Shown one piece after another: positions 23,380 to 36,200 of a stretch of 45,297 nt of DNA (positions are counted from its first letter, which is position 1; each line of letters begins with the position of its first letter). Origin of the DNA: Albugo candida. Lineage: Eukaryota. The notes beneath the pieces are model-generated. The model ran no database searches. It was not told the origin of the DNA and worked only from the letters and a program-made list of their open reading frames with translations. The translations under genes were made by a program, and so were the position numbers. The stretch lies in the NCBI GenBank assembly GCA_040437565.1, contig JBDOQK010000056.1, forward strand, positions 186,001 through 231,297. The letters run 5' to 3'.

Positions 23380-23482
23380 TGCAAATGGATCTGGATCTAA
23401 AATTTAGATTCAGATCCAGATCTATTCAGGAAATGGACCCAACTCTCAGATCCAGATCCATTGGCCAAATGGATCCAACTCT
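23380..23482. repeat. hAT right subterminal array (same unit, truncated before the TIR)
   Basis: GCAAATGGATCTGGATC...CAGATCCAGATCCATTGGCCAAATGGATCCAACTCTC. The expected inverted terminus GATCCATTTGCAGCCC is absent. Confidence 0.8.
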
Positions 23483-24862
23483 CGTCGCGACAAGGGCTGA
23501 AATGATAAATCCAGCACTACCCAGAAGTACGATAGTCAAAAAGGCTTTATCAGTAAAGTAATTCACGTTATAAGAAATAACTATCGAATTAGGTTTGTTA
23601 CTCGCGCGAGACTGTGATACCTTAGGGTGCGAATGAAAGTTGGAATGCACATTCTTGGAACAGCTTGGTCTTAACAATCAAATACGTCTTTCCCGTTTCA
23701 TTTCTCTTTTTAAAAATTGCTTAGTTTATTATTGCCGTTGCTTTCCGTCACCATCTCATCAAAGCGATCATTGATACAAGTTCAGAATCTACAAGTGCAT
23801 AAAAATCGAAGGGGTACTTTTACGTGTACAAACTGTGTAAAACTTCACTAGTATGCTCTACCGCCACATATACCTCACATTTTTTCACCCGTAGTGTAAT
23901 AACGCTTTCATGCGTCCACATCTACCACATAGTAGCCACTTGAACATGTCAACTCCACCTTGAGGGAAAGAAATAATTTAGAGCTTACTAGTTGTAGCAC
24001 CCAAGTACAATAGTAATGCTGGGACTCTAAAAACCTTGCATTCATTCCTCGCCTAAAAAGCCCATCTGCAATGGCTCTCTTACGTCTAGTCATTACATGC
24101 AAGGATAATATCATTTCAAATCATATTCTTCAGAGTCAGCTATATTCAACGTAAAAGGACCTAAACGCTTTACGACTGCTCTTATTTCAGTCTGATACGG
24201 TATTCGAATGCTCGGAAATTATCTCCGTATATCGACAAATGATCTCAATGAAGCGCGCAGCCAATCACCCTTCAGAAGGGCTGTAAGTTTATCCACCTTT
24301 TTAGATAAGAAACTGAACTTGTTCCGCCTTAAAAGCGTTCCCTATCCCTCTGCATGAGCAAAGCATCCTTTTTGTCTTTTCAACTTTTAAGTAGTTATCC
24401 ACGATTAAATGCAGTACTTCACTCCATTTATTTATAAAGAGATTGTAAAACATAGAAGTGTTTCTATCATCAGACAATAATGCTTGAACAACCCCTCTTC
24501 TGAAGAAATTCATTCAACGACTTCCTGCATTCAGCACTGTGTTCGCGTAGACAGGAAAATATGTATCGGAAAGGCAGCACAGCAAAGCGCTAGGAGATTA
24601 AGCGCTCTAAATGTGTTTGAAAATCTGGAGTACAGCTCCTTCTACTCCGGCGCTGACACAAGTACACAGTGAATATTGTTTTGTCTATAAATGTCCAGAA
24701 TTTGATCCAGCTATTATATCGTGCCGATATTACTCAATTTTATGCAGTACGCTATCGCAATGTATAGTCAAACCGCCAACGGCATTATTGTCAACTGGCT
24801 CACGTCGATAGAAACTGGGTGATTTGCACCCAATCACCACATTCCAGTTATCTCGAACAATA

Positions 24863-26301
24863 ATGGATCATGTACCGTGGATGGCCGCGATGTTTTGCTA
24901 TATACAAATCGCCATTTTACTGACATTTGGATATATACGGGAGTTTTTTGGAAGTGTATCTGGTTATTCTCGCTATAAGTCTGCACCTACTAAACCTGGT
25001 TTTGCGAAATTGCTGTTATCATGGGAGAAGTTCTACACTAACCGCATTTATCACCGCACTCAAGATGTCTTCAATCGACCAGTGGCAAATGCACCTGGAG
25101 CGCATATTGATGTTATTGAGCGCTACTCGAAAGACGGCAATAGAACGTTACAAAGAAAAGACGGATGTGTGAGAGCATGTTTAAATTTAGGATCGTACAA
25201 CTATCTCGGATTCGCAGATGATTGGATTAATATCTGCAGTGAAGATGTGTTCAAGGCTGTCACGCGCTTTGGTTTAGCGTCTTTATCATCGACTATGGAA
25301 TTTGGCACAACCACAATTCACCGTGAACTTGAAGAAGAATTTGCGAAGTTTATTGGAAAACCTGCCGCGCTTGTGTATAATATGGGATTTGCGACGAATG
25401 CTACTACCATTCCTGCATTGATGAGCAAAGGGAGCCTGATCATAAGTGACAGCTTGAATCATAGCTCTATAATTAATGGAGCAAGAGCTTCTGGTGCACA
25501 TGTGGTAGTATTCCGTCATAACGATGCCGAACATCTTGAACATACTCTACGCATGAATATTGCCCGAGGGCAACCACGCACAAACCGAGCGTGGAAGAAA
25601 GTCATGGTGATGGTTGAAGGTATCTATTCCATGGAAGGTGAAATTGTACATCTACGTAATATCGTTGATGTGGTCAAGAAATACAAAGCGTACATATATG
25701 TTGATGAAGCTCATAGTATCGGTGCTCTAGGGCGTACTGGGCGCGGGATCTGTGAATACGCTGGAGTAGACCCCAGCGAGATTGATATACTGATGGGTAC
25801 CTTCACCAAAAGCTTTGCTGGGATGGGTGGGTATGTCGCCGCCTCAGAAGAAATCATCTCTTACATTCGTACTTCAAGCGCTGGATCTATGTATGCAGCA
25901 AGTCTATCCCCTGTGGTTGCACAGCAGATTCTAACTTCGCTAAGAGTAATTATGGGCACTGATGGAAGTGATTACGGGAAAAAAAAACTTGATAATCTCC
26001 GTGAGAACAGCAATTATTTCCGACAGCAGCTGATCAACATGGGTGTTGTCACTTTGGGAAATTTCGACTCCCCAGTGATTCCAGTGATGCTATTCTGTTT
26101 ATCAAAAATTCCTGAATTCTCGCGCCAGTGCTGGAACGTAACCTGGCTGTTGTTACAGTTGGATTTCCTGCGACACCCCTTTTGCTGTCTCGCGTTCGTT
26201 TTTGCATTTCGGCAGCTCATACAAAAGAAGATCTCGATAAAGCTCTAAAACAAATTGAAGAAGTGAGTAGTAACTGCAATATTCAGTTTTTGAAGAGCTG
26301 A
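24863..26301 (+). CDS. LCB2: Serine palmitoyltransferase catalytic subunit LCB2/SPT2, with a 1-nt frameshift near 26132
   Basis: [55 protein letters not shown]-lysine motif GTFTKSF. After RQC the conserved tail [34 protein letters not shown] continues in another frame to TGA at 26299-26301. Confidence 0.93.
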
Positions 26302-29300
26302 AATGGCTTATCCTTACTTTAAGCCAAACTCTATAAACGAACATATGATTGCTTTTTTTCGAATGCTGCTTTCGAATACCTCTACCTTACCTGGAATGAA
26401 TGTAATTAATCGTTAGCCTTGCTTTCTTAATCGTTTTGATAGTACGCAGGATGGTTTCCTGGCCTTACCAATGTGAGAGTTGTCTCGGAATTTTTATCTT
26501 TTGATAGACTATGTGTTTTATATCATTTTAGCTAAAGCGCAATTTTCAGGTGAAAGCACGTTCACGTTAATTGACCCTCTCGTGGCGATTCCCGAGTTGA
26601 CGATGATATACATGAGGGAGGATCTTTAAAATACACTACACTTTGATCAACTTAATGAATGAATTTAATAACCGATTTATCAGCTACTTTGGTACATCGT
26701 TGCTGCTGATTGCAATCCAGAACGAGATTTCAACTCGAATAATACCGTCGTTGCAGAAGTCAGTTTTATCGCAAGCAAGTAATAATGTTTTCATGTACAA
26801 GCCATGAATTCAACTTTTTTGTACCGTACGTTATACCTTTCTTTGTTGTCATACCGTAGATTTTAGCATCAATGAGAAAGCATCATCCTTTCACATCCTT
26901 ACAAGCATCTCTGGCACGATACGATAGATGCCATAGTTATCTAATCATGCTCATCTCTTGCAAACTAAACCACAATTCTTACGTTATCAACGTATACTAC
27001 AATGAACTAAATAATTCTATGACAGCACACCATAACTCCAGGCTTTTTTTGTAACATACCGCAGAATACAGCCTTTTTGCAACCGCATAGTTGCGAGTTG
27101 ATTAATTATCAGAAATCCGGAGTTGGCATGCTGTCCCCGCAGCATTCTGGAGACAGATTTGTATTTCTCCTCTTTTCTAGAACATACCATAGTTCGTACC
27201 CTTTTTTCTAGACACTCGTATTTGAATCCCCTTCATAATATAATCACTGCATGCCTCACCTTGTCGTAAACATTTACTTGACCTCTTTGTAAAAAATCTA
27301 CGTATCATATCAAATAGTTCACGCTTATTCATCCTTCACAATATTTTAATACATCTTTTGAGTTTGTGCTGGAAATATCCACAAAAGGGAAAAACCTATC
27401 TGGTTCATACCATAACTGGGCAATCAAACAAAAGAAGCAGAAAGGGAACACAACAAAAACGCTTGTCATAAGAATAATGGAAATGATGGTATGGTATTGT
27501 ATAAAGTAGGAAACTCTCCGAGAATCTAACAGCGGAACAGCAGGTTTTTTTTAAGTGAATACCTTCATTCCTCCTACTTGTTACAAAGGATCATGATTTT
27601 TTTGGTAGATAGATTCAATTTCTCTTCTACGTTTAGCAAAAATTGGTGAGTACTAAGGATGGTAACATTGAGTGATGTCCGTTTTCTCTATTTCACCACC
27701 GAAACACTATCAGATCTATTCCGTTTACCTCTGCTATTTTGAGGAAGTGTTCTTTTCACATATCTTATACTCAAACACAAGAAGTACATTTTCAAGATGC
27801 ATATAAATATATGGCGGCAGCAGAAGTTGTGGTAAGAAAAAAAACGCCCCCATCAACATCCTTTCACCACCCGTCAGCTTGTTTATCGACCACAGCACTC
27901 GACAAGTGATCCAAGATACGAAAACCTTGTTTACTTTTCGGGTTCTGGAATTGGCCTCTTTCATGATGAGTGCTGATATACTTTTTCTCGGGACAGAAAT
28001 AAGCGCCATTGCTCTGTTGCACTATGCTGTTGATCCATCTACCATTCCATTTTCTCTGGTAATCATTTTCCATAGACTTTCATTAACAAAGGTATAAGAC
28101 GATGTTATCGCACCTTCTAGCTATGCACAAGATAGAATGAGTTGTTTGAAACTGAGATTATTCCAGTTCATGCGTGCTGTGTTCTCTAGCTATAATTCAA
28201 TGGTAAAACGTACTATCAGCATATTCATTGAGGCGGATACGTGCATCTGGGGCGGTGTAACCACACCTTGGACATTTCTCCTAGAGAAGGTGTATCAGAG
28301 CTTTCGACTTCACGCCACAAAATGACTTCCACTGTATTGTGTCAATTTTAAGAAACCCAATAAGCGATAAAACCTTTTATATCGAATGATTTCAGTCCAC
28401 CACGAGTGGATTAAACCGATGCGTGGACCAGTAATAATAGATAGAATCATGACCTCGATAGAGCTATAGTAGATTGTCCCTGACTTCTACAGTTACTTTT
28501 ATGCGTATTCGGTCAAATTAGAGCACGATGAGCCACTATAATCGATACGAAGTGTGTTTTTGCAAGTTCATGTATGCGTGGTGGAGAGCCAAAAGCAATG
28601 GTACAGCGCTATCACAATCTCTATAAGCCTTCAAAGGAGCGCAAAAAGGTCTTGAAACGGCTAGAACCCCACATATTGCGACGGGACGGATCAACGAAAT
28701 TGCTTGCTCCGGATAAATTTGCAGAAAGCTAGACGCTGTAATACGAAATGTGACTAACGTGACACGATATTGCTAGATGAAAAAATTATCGTACTACAAT
28801 CATCATCTTCTTACACCTTCGTCGAATTGAGATATTTACAACTTATAATACTTTTGTTCGACTATGTGACGCGCGGGCAAGTTAGGATGGAGTGGAGAAT
28901 CTATGAAAATTGCTATTCAAGGAACAAGACGACATGAATGTCGAGCAATTACGAAGACCAACAGAGAACTGGTTACAGCCTAGATTGGGCACAACGCATC
29001 ACTTATGCTCGGTCGATAGGAGTTTGTGAAATGGAAGCACCCTTCAAATTGCTACAAATTTTAGCCGACTGACGGAAAGGCGACCACTACCTGTCGTCTT
29101 TAACAATGGAGAAGCTTGGAAGATCACGTTGGGGCTAGAAGATTTTCGCGTGGGATTGATAACGATACCTTGCATTAGTATCGTTGTAATCCCAGCCTAT
29201 CGTGAGCGTTGGAGGTCTAGAGTGTTCTTTCCTAGACAATGACTTTTTTTGCTGTACCTAGAGTTTTCTTTTCTATAAAAATTGGTCCGAACGCCTTTCT

Positions 29301-30059
29301 GTACGAGTGAATGTCTTAAGATGTACCGAATTGAGAGAAATAGCTGGAACTTTGTAGAAGGATCCACATCGTGAATTTATTACTTTCTCAAGTGTCTTTT
29401 ATGCTGAAAAATGACGTGGCATACTCTATTTCTTGCCATCATTAAAATAATATGCACTTGCCTGTGCACTTCATCTTCGTCGAGTGTCAATGCGCAGCAC
29501 ATCGTACACTTCAGTCGAACTGTTGAAATTTCCTGTTTCTTTTGCCCGATTCCGGACTAGCCACTTGTAAATATTGGACTCCACAAGATATTAATGAAAC
29601 AACGGCAAAAAAATTGGATCAATACCATTCATTCTGAGTCATAAACCGAAATGTGAAACGAAACACTTACCATTGCGGCTTCAATAAAAGAAATGAGCGT
29701 GGTAGCAAACACGTGAACGTTTTGCACACTGCGTAATAAGGGCTTCTTATACACATTTTAGTTTCGGGACAGTCTTCTCAATAGTCCAGGGTTGTTCTAT
29801 TAGCGACTAACGGCGTGTGTGCAGCTGGATAAGACCTCGATTATTCCAAGAGTAGTTCTTTATGTAGGAAAATCTCTCGTTTTTATCAATAAACGGATAA
29901 TGATGCAAGCACATGCAGACTGCTTGACGGATTTTCTACATGGTGACTAGAAGCCTTTGTATCAAGCGATGAGGCTTTTTTTTAGTCTGATTGAAGATTT
30001 GGATGGTGTTGCAGGTAGTAAGCAAGCATTGATATGATGTAAATTTCTACTTTCTTCCC

Positions 30060-32750
30060 AGCTTCAAGCATAACAAAGCTCGGAACTACTCAGATGTCGA
30101 TGCGATAGTTCGAGAGACCGAAGAATTGAAGAATTGAAGAAAGCATGAAGCTTTGAGCATTTTCTGTAGTTGATGACTGTGATGGAAGTTTTAGAAGGTG
30201 CTGTTGAGTACCTAGTCGTCAACAATATCGTGCAATACGCATCAAAAGACAAGAGGGACACACTGATGTCGAAGGCTGATGCACACAGAACAGAATATTT
30301 ACAGCATGTTAGGATCGGTGCATTTTGCCAAAGCTTAAGCATCGTAACGAAGAAGTGCCTGTCGAGAAATGTGGCGAATGTCGCTCGAGTACTGTGATTT
30401 CGAGAGACTCGAAGGTGTCACGACTGTGGTGATGCTGGTCATTTGAAAGCGACATGTCCTAATCAAAGNNNNNNNNNNNNNNNNNNNNNNNNNNNNNNNN
30501 NNNNNNNNNNNNNNNNNNNNNNNNNNNNNNNNNNNNNNNNNNNNNNNNNNNNNNNNNNNNNNNNNNNNGGTGCATTTTGCCAAAGCTTAAGCATCGTAAC
30601 GAAGAAGTGCCTGTCGAGAAATGTGGCGAATGTCGCTCGAGTACTGTGATTTCGAGAGACTCGAAGGTGTCACGACTGTGGTGATGCTGGTCATTTGAAA
30701 GCGACATGTCCTAATCAAAGTATCCAAATGTCAATAGGTGAAGCTAACATCAACTTGGCGAGATCTCAGCTCAAGATATCGGCCAAACGGTTGCTGTAGA
30801 TTGACCAGTGGATCAAGTCGTAAGTGTTACAGCGATTAGGCGGGGTAAGAAGATGTCCAAGACGCCAAAGGTGTGTGTATCGAGCTCAACTTAGACGAGG
30901 TGACTATAAGCCAAGTAGGCACTGTAACAATGCGGGCCTCTAAGGGTGCCACGGTACAGACTATGAAACTTACCGAAGTATTTTTTTGCGGTCAGACTTG
31001 CTCCCAATTTGGTACACCCACCACGTACCATGACGATGAACGTTACATATTTTCCTTCGACTTTTCGTCGACCTTCATTGTACTACCGTGGAGAGAGATT
31101 ATTTCGTACTACAGTTTCAGTTATCATACTGAACCATCGAACACGTTTGAATTGCTCTGCAAACGCACATGGCAAGCAGAGAAAAAATCGACACTCCACT
31201 CAAGATATTGGATCGAAAACCCTTTTTGACCGAATTAGTGCAATTATTTTTTTGGATCTCAAAGATCGCAAGGCGCCAAGAGACAGGCTTGGGATTCGCT
31301 ATATCATCAATTTTGCGGATCACAAGAGTAATTAATCGAACCTTCTTCTCGGCCGCACCAAGGATAAAGTGGTCAAATAATTAAAAATTTATGAGTTTCG
31401 TCGAGAAGCGCTTAGCTGTCGAATTCCCGGATTCCCGAATTCCCGGCTTGTGTAACAGCTATGGTGATGAATACGATAATGTCGATTTCTTAGCGAAAGT
31501 CTGGCGTCGCTTCTCAGCGTAGTAAGGCATGAAACCAAGCCAGTAATGACAAGGCGGAGCGTATGCACCGCGCCATATATATATGGCGCGGTGTAAGTTT
31601 TTTAAAGCTGTTTCCACTCAGTCCCACTCAGTCCCACTCAGTCCCACTCAGTCTTCGGGTCGATGCGGTTTAACATGCTGCATACGTGCTGAAAAGTTCG
31701 ACTTTGAATGCTGATATCGATGGATATCACCAATCGAGATCCTTACGAACACGAGACCTACACTAATGAGGTTGTGCCTTAATTTGTCCAGGTTCGGTCT
31801 ACAGAGATACGAAGAAGAACAATTTTTTGAAGCATGATCAACGTGTTCTACTCGTTTGTATTGGTGATTGCATTTTAGACTATCAATAATTTTTACTCAA
31901 GGACCGCATCGTAATCACAACGCAGCATATACGCGATTTATGACTCCGACAAAGACCACAATGAATTACTGCTGCATTGAAAGCTTAGTTTTTACCAAAA
32001 CGCGAGTGCGGATGACATTGTCTGCGACCAGAAAAATGCAAAGACGTCGATAGCTCGCAGGTGCTGAAAACCAAGCCACTATGGAAAAGAGAGCATCCAG
32101 TGACAAGATCGATACAAAAGTAATCAGCTGGCAAAGAGACGTATATCAGACGATGGAGGTTTCCCTGGAGTGGTGAACAGCGTGATAGGCCTGGAGATTA
32201 TATTATTGTGATGAAAGTCAGAGCGTGGGCAATTCAAAATCGTAAGAGGCTATACAAGATGCAATTCAAGCTTTGAAGAGTAACCAAGCGTCGAAAATGG
32301 TGGTGAAACTATTTAATGCAATCGAATTAGATAATAAATGGGTGTCGAAGATAAAACGTGATGCAGATGGAATTGTAGAGCGCTGCAAAGCCGTTTGGTC
32401 GCATGTGGAAATCAAAAAGTGTTTGGTCGTGACTACAGCGTTACTTTCGAAGCTGTGATGCAGATGCAACGTAGAATTAAGATCGCATGATGAGGATATG
32501 GGGACCGGTTACAGCATGGATATATAACTAGCGCATATGTCCCAGAGACAAGCAACATGACATGTCGCTAGAATTGAAAAAGTGCTTCATGGCTCCGAAA
32601 GTGGGAAGACTCTGGTCGGGATTGCTGCATAGAAGCTTCTGTCCCTAAGATTTGCACAGTGTCTTACATACATGTGTGTTCACTGGAAGAGAGATGATAA
32701 ACGTGCTATATTTGTGGTGGGTTACGTCGGCAATTGGGAAACGCCTACTG
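30060..32750 (+). mobile_element. Highly degenerate Ty1/copia element (same family as 19406-20473)
   Basis: Gag knuckle CHDCGDAGHLKATCP (duplicated across the gap), VGTVTMR, integrase IIFLDLKD..PRDRLGIRYIINFADHKSN and KAERMHR, RT NKWVSKIKRDADGIVERCKA. Boundaries approximate. Confidence 0.8.
31566..31652. repeat. Perfect 28-bp palindrome plus a 10-bp tandem expansion inside a dead integrase
   Basis: CACCGCGCCATATATATATGGCGCGGTG at 31566-31593; about four copies of CCCACTCAGT at 31613-31652. Confidence 0.9.
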
Positions 32751-33015
32751 GACCATTGCAAATCGATGCTTTTTTTTAGTGAATTCGAGAATTACTCTGA
32801 AAAACTCTAACATTGATGCCGGAAATGAACGAGTGTTATCGAACTGGCTATATGATATCTCCAGAAAGTGTCGAGATAAAAAAGGCTCCAAGGGAGCACA
32901 TTGGTACAACTGGAGTAACATTTCGGTCTCAGGGATCAGATTCTGATCGAACCAAGTAAAGAAGCCAACTACATGAGTCTATGCGATCCGTGCCATATTG
33001 TACTAGAGGGGTAAC

Positions 33016-33213
33016 TGTTGGAAACCGCATCTACATCTACTGAATACAGCGACGTTAAGTTGAAGATCTTCACTGATGGAAGACCACGATCACGTGAAGA
33101 GTCGTATAAAGTGAAAGGTCGAAAGAGAAACATAAGATAGGCTGCTAGGGAGTTCTCAATATACCTTTTAATCAGCAAGTCTTTGTGTGTTATCTTTTGT
33201 ACGGTTTCTAACA
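33016..33213 (+). repeat. 5' LTR (198 bp, TG...CA)
   Basis: TGTTGGAAA...TTCTAACA followed by the PBS; aligns with 38483-38673. Confidence 0.95.
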
Positions 33214-36200
33214 GGGTTATGAGCCCAAATACCCAGAGACTACGCGGTGCTACGCGACCTCTTCGACACTCAAGGCAAATATATTCATCTTTAGAGTCCT
33301 AGAGTGACGGAGATAAACACAATGAATCAAAGATTGGACATGCGGGGACTCCCATACACTGAAATGTAAATGACTGGATGTGGCGAGGAAACCTTATTAG
33401 ACCAGATCGCTATTGGCGAAGAGTGCAACGACGTAAGCTGGAACGACGAAGAGAAGGGCGAATTCAAGAAAAAGCAAGCCAAAATTAAAATTCTTATCCA
33501 AGGATCACTCAATGAAACTTGCGAAACAAGTGATGATGAAAAGTACCGACACGGAGATGTGGACTGAGCTCGTATCGATCTACGAGGGCAAGACAAATCC
33601 TGCTATGACTGCGCAGAAGGTGTATCGCTTGCAGGGCGAGCTACACAGGACTCATCTACGTGGAAAAGGAAACGTACGGAGCCATAGCTAAAAACTTTTC
33701 GATATCAAGAATCAACTTGCAGATTTATGATCACCCGTAAATGACTTGTAGATGGTGGATCGCATGTTAAGAAGTCTTCCGTCATAGGCGTGCTATGATG
33801 AATTAAGGCGTAAAGTGTTATTCAGCACGAACATGGCAAAATACACATCGGGACTGCTTCGAGAGATGATACTTACCGCAGAATCAAGAAACAAAGACTG
33901 GGGAAACCATGCTTTCGGCAACAAGCAACGAGAAAAGACCAGTATACGCAAGGCGAAACTCAGCACGGCAAGAAGACATATGACTATGCTGACTAAAAAC
34001 CAGGAGCAAGAATTGGAACTGGTGGCTGCTTTCATTGCGGTGGGGATCATTTCAAACGTGATTGTCCAAATTTGGAAGGAATATTAACGGAAAATTAAAC
34101 CATGCTCGTTCGGGTGAACAAAAGGTAGCGACACATGAAGTCAAAGAAAATCCAGATGATGATCGTAAAAATACACAGAAGCGCGAAATTGTGATGGGAG
34201 AAGTGGAAAAGCTCATCAATAAAGGATATGAACCTNNNNNNNNNNNNNNNNNNNNNNNNNNNNNNNNNNNNNNNNNNNNNNNNNNNNNNNNNNNNNNNNN
34301 NNNNNNNNNNNNNNNNNNNNNNNNNNNNNNNNNNNGCGCAAGGAGAAACTCAGCTTGGAAAGAGGACGTATAACCATACTGATATAAAACCAGGAGAAAG
34401 AATTGGAACTGGTGGTTGCTTTAATTTCAATGAAGATAATTTCAGACGTGATTGTCCAAATTTCGAAGGAGAAAAAACGGAAAATCAAATCATGCTCGTT
34501 CGGGTGAACAAAAGGTAGCGACACATGAAGTCAAAGAAAATCCAGATGATGATCGTAAAAATACACAGAAGCGCGAAATTGTGATGGGAGAAGTGGAAAA
34601 GCTCATCAATAAAGGATATGAACCTTGTCAATGGTACTTTGACTCGGGATCGAATATACAAATCACAGCGTGCAAGGAATATTTTACGACACTACAAAGT
34701 ATGGATGATAGCGAGTGGAATCCAGATATTTCAGGCTTTGCTGATGGTGTCGACGCTAAAGCAGAAGGATTTGAAACTATCCTTCTTTCAGTGATGATTG
34801 ACGAACAAATGGTGTTCTTACTTGTGGAAGACGTATTATATGTCCCAACAGCTGGCTGCAATTAATTCTCACCTGACCTAGCAATGGATCAAGGTTTCGG
34901 AATGACATGGAATAATGAAAGCCAATCATTCAAAATGATAAAGGATGGGGCAAGTGTAATCTGAACACAATACAACAATAACCTATGGATGTTCACTGCT
35001 CATAATATTGTCAATGACGCAAACAAGAAAGATCAACCGAGAGGCAAGAAGCAAGATGTAGTCGCAGACATTGGCGTCTGGAACGAGAGACTTGGACATA
35101 TCTGCCGTGAATATATTCGGCTAATGGTTGATCGGGGGATGGCCAAGGGCATCATGCTCAAGCGCCAGGGAGAACTATATTGTGCGGATTGTCACTTTGG
35201 CAAGCAATCAAGGAAAACATTCTGAAAAGCTATCGACAGAAAAATGGCGAGAGTAAATGAAATTATCTTTGCAGACCTAATTATTTCCCGAGTAAACAAT
35301 GGCTCGCCATGTTCTGCTGTTCTCGTGGTCATGGTCGGATAATCACGCTACGTGAAGGCTTTCAAGTTGAAGTCTAAGACCGAAGGCGAAGTAAATGAGC
35401 ACTTGAAAAATTATATCAAGTGGGCAGAGCGACAACATGCCCATGAACTCGACCAAAACGTGCAACAGGAAAATTTGGTGCGACAAGTCCTGACCGACAA
35501 AGGACAAGAGTTCTGCAATAGAACAATGGAGGACTGGTATACCAGAAATAGCGTAGTGCACACCAAGGTTGGACCAGACGCGTCTCAGCTTAACCTAGTA
35601 GAGCGAACACACCAGAAATTGATCGGAATGATGAAGACAATGATGCATCAATCTGGATTTCCGAAGTCGTTCTGGGTGCATGCATTAGAAAATGCGATTT
35701 ACATCAAGAATCGTGTGTACTGCAAAGGTGCAGCATGTACACCATACGAGACTCTGTTTGAGTCCAAGCCGGACATCCATCACCTGCGAGTATTTGAGTC
35801 CTTGACTCAATGTCATACTCCCGTCTCAAAAAGAAAGAAAATGAGCATGAACTGCAGCATTGGATTCTTGTTAGGCTACTGCGAAGACATTGTGGGTTGT
35901 ATCGTGCACATCCCCACCGAACACAAAAAGAGATTCGTTTCAGATGCGAAAATTATTGAATCAATCAATATACAAGGACCGTCATGAATCCACATTTTCA
36001 ATGAAGTCAAGAGATGGTTACAGGCATTTGATGAATTCATCGAAGAGGGGAAATGGACAATCTTATTGAGGAAAACCAGGACGTATTCCACCAACTAGCC
36101 AACTGCGACACCGCCGATAAGCAGTATGTGTGCAGCAATGTTGATATGGAATCAACGAAAAGTTGCAAGGGTCAATATTAGGCGAAGATCAAGAGGTGGA

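Larger units (their letters stand above)
20474..23482 (-). mobile_element. hAT (Ac/Tam3-type) DNA transposon with degenerate, intron-containing transposase; right terminus truncated
   Basis: Transposase ~22802-20787: BED finger (SAVWEDF...AKC..C.....GTSAVIKHYKKH), ISFTSDIWTS, TLALDNASSN, DVATRWNST..ML, FDPHYKM, and dimerisation domain ILEWWK..FPLLSQIA.DVMAIP..SVASEQAF..GGR. Left end CTGGGGCTGCAAATGGATC; GATCCA-rich subterminal arrays at both ends. Confidence 0.93.
6229..34335. other. Nine 100-N scaffold gaps of unknown true size
   Basis: 6229-6328, 8516-8615, 10185-10284, 10948-11047, 11613-11712, 15205-15304, 19306-19405, 30469-30568, 34236-34335. Confidence 0.99.

Noticed and set aside
23483..23676. 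Possible LTR remnant ending GGTCTTAACA after the hAT
   Set aside because: No second copy, PBS, PPT or TSD to support it.
26125..26140. Programmed frameshift in LCB2
   Set aside because: No slippery heptamer or obvious stimulatory structure; error or mutation is simpler.
7221..26301. SDR plus LCB2 as a sphingolipid biosynthetic cluster
   Set aside because: They are over 16 kb and several gaps apart, and nothing specifically marks the SDR as 3-ketosphinganine reductase.
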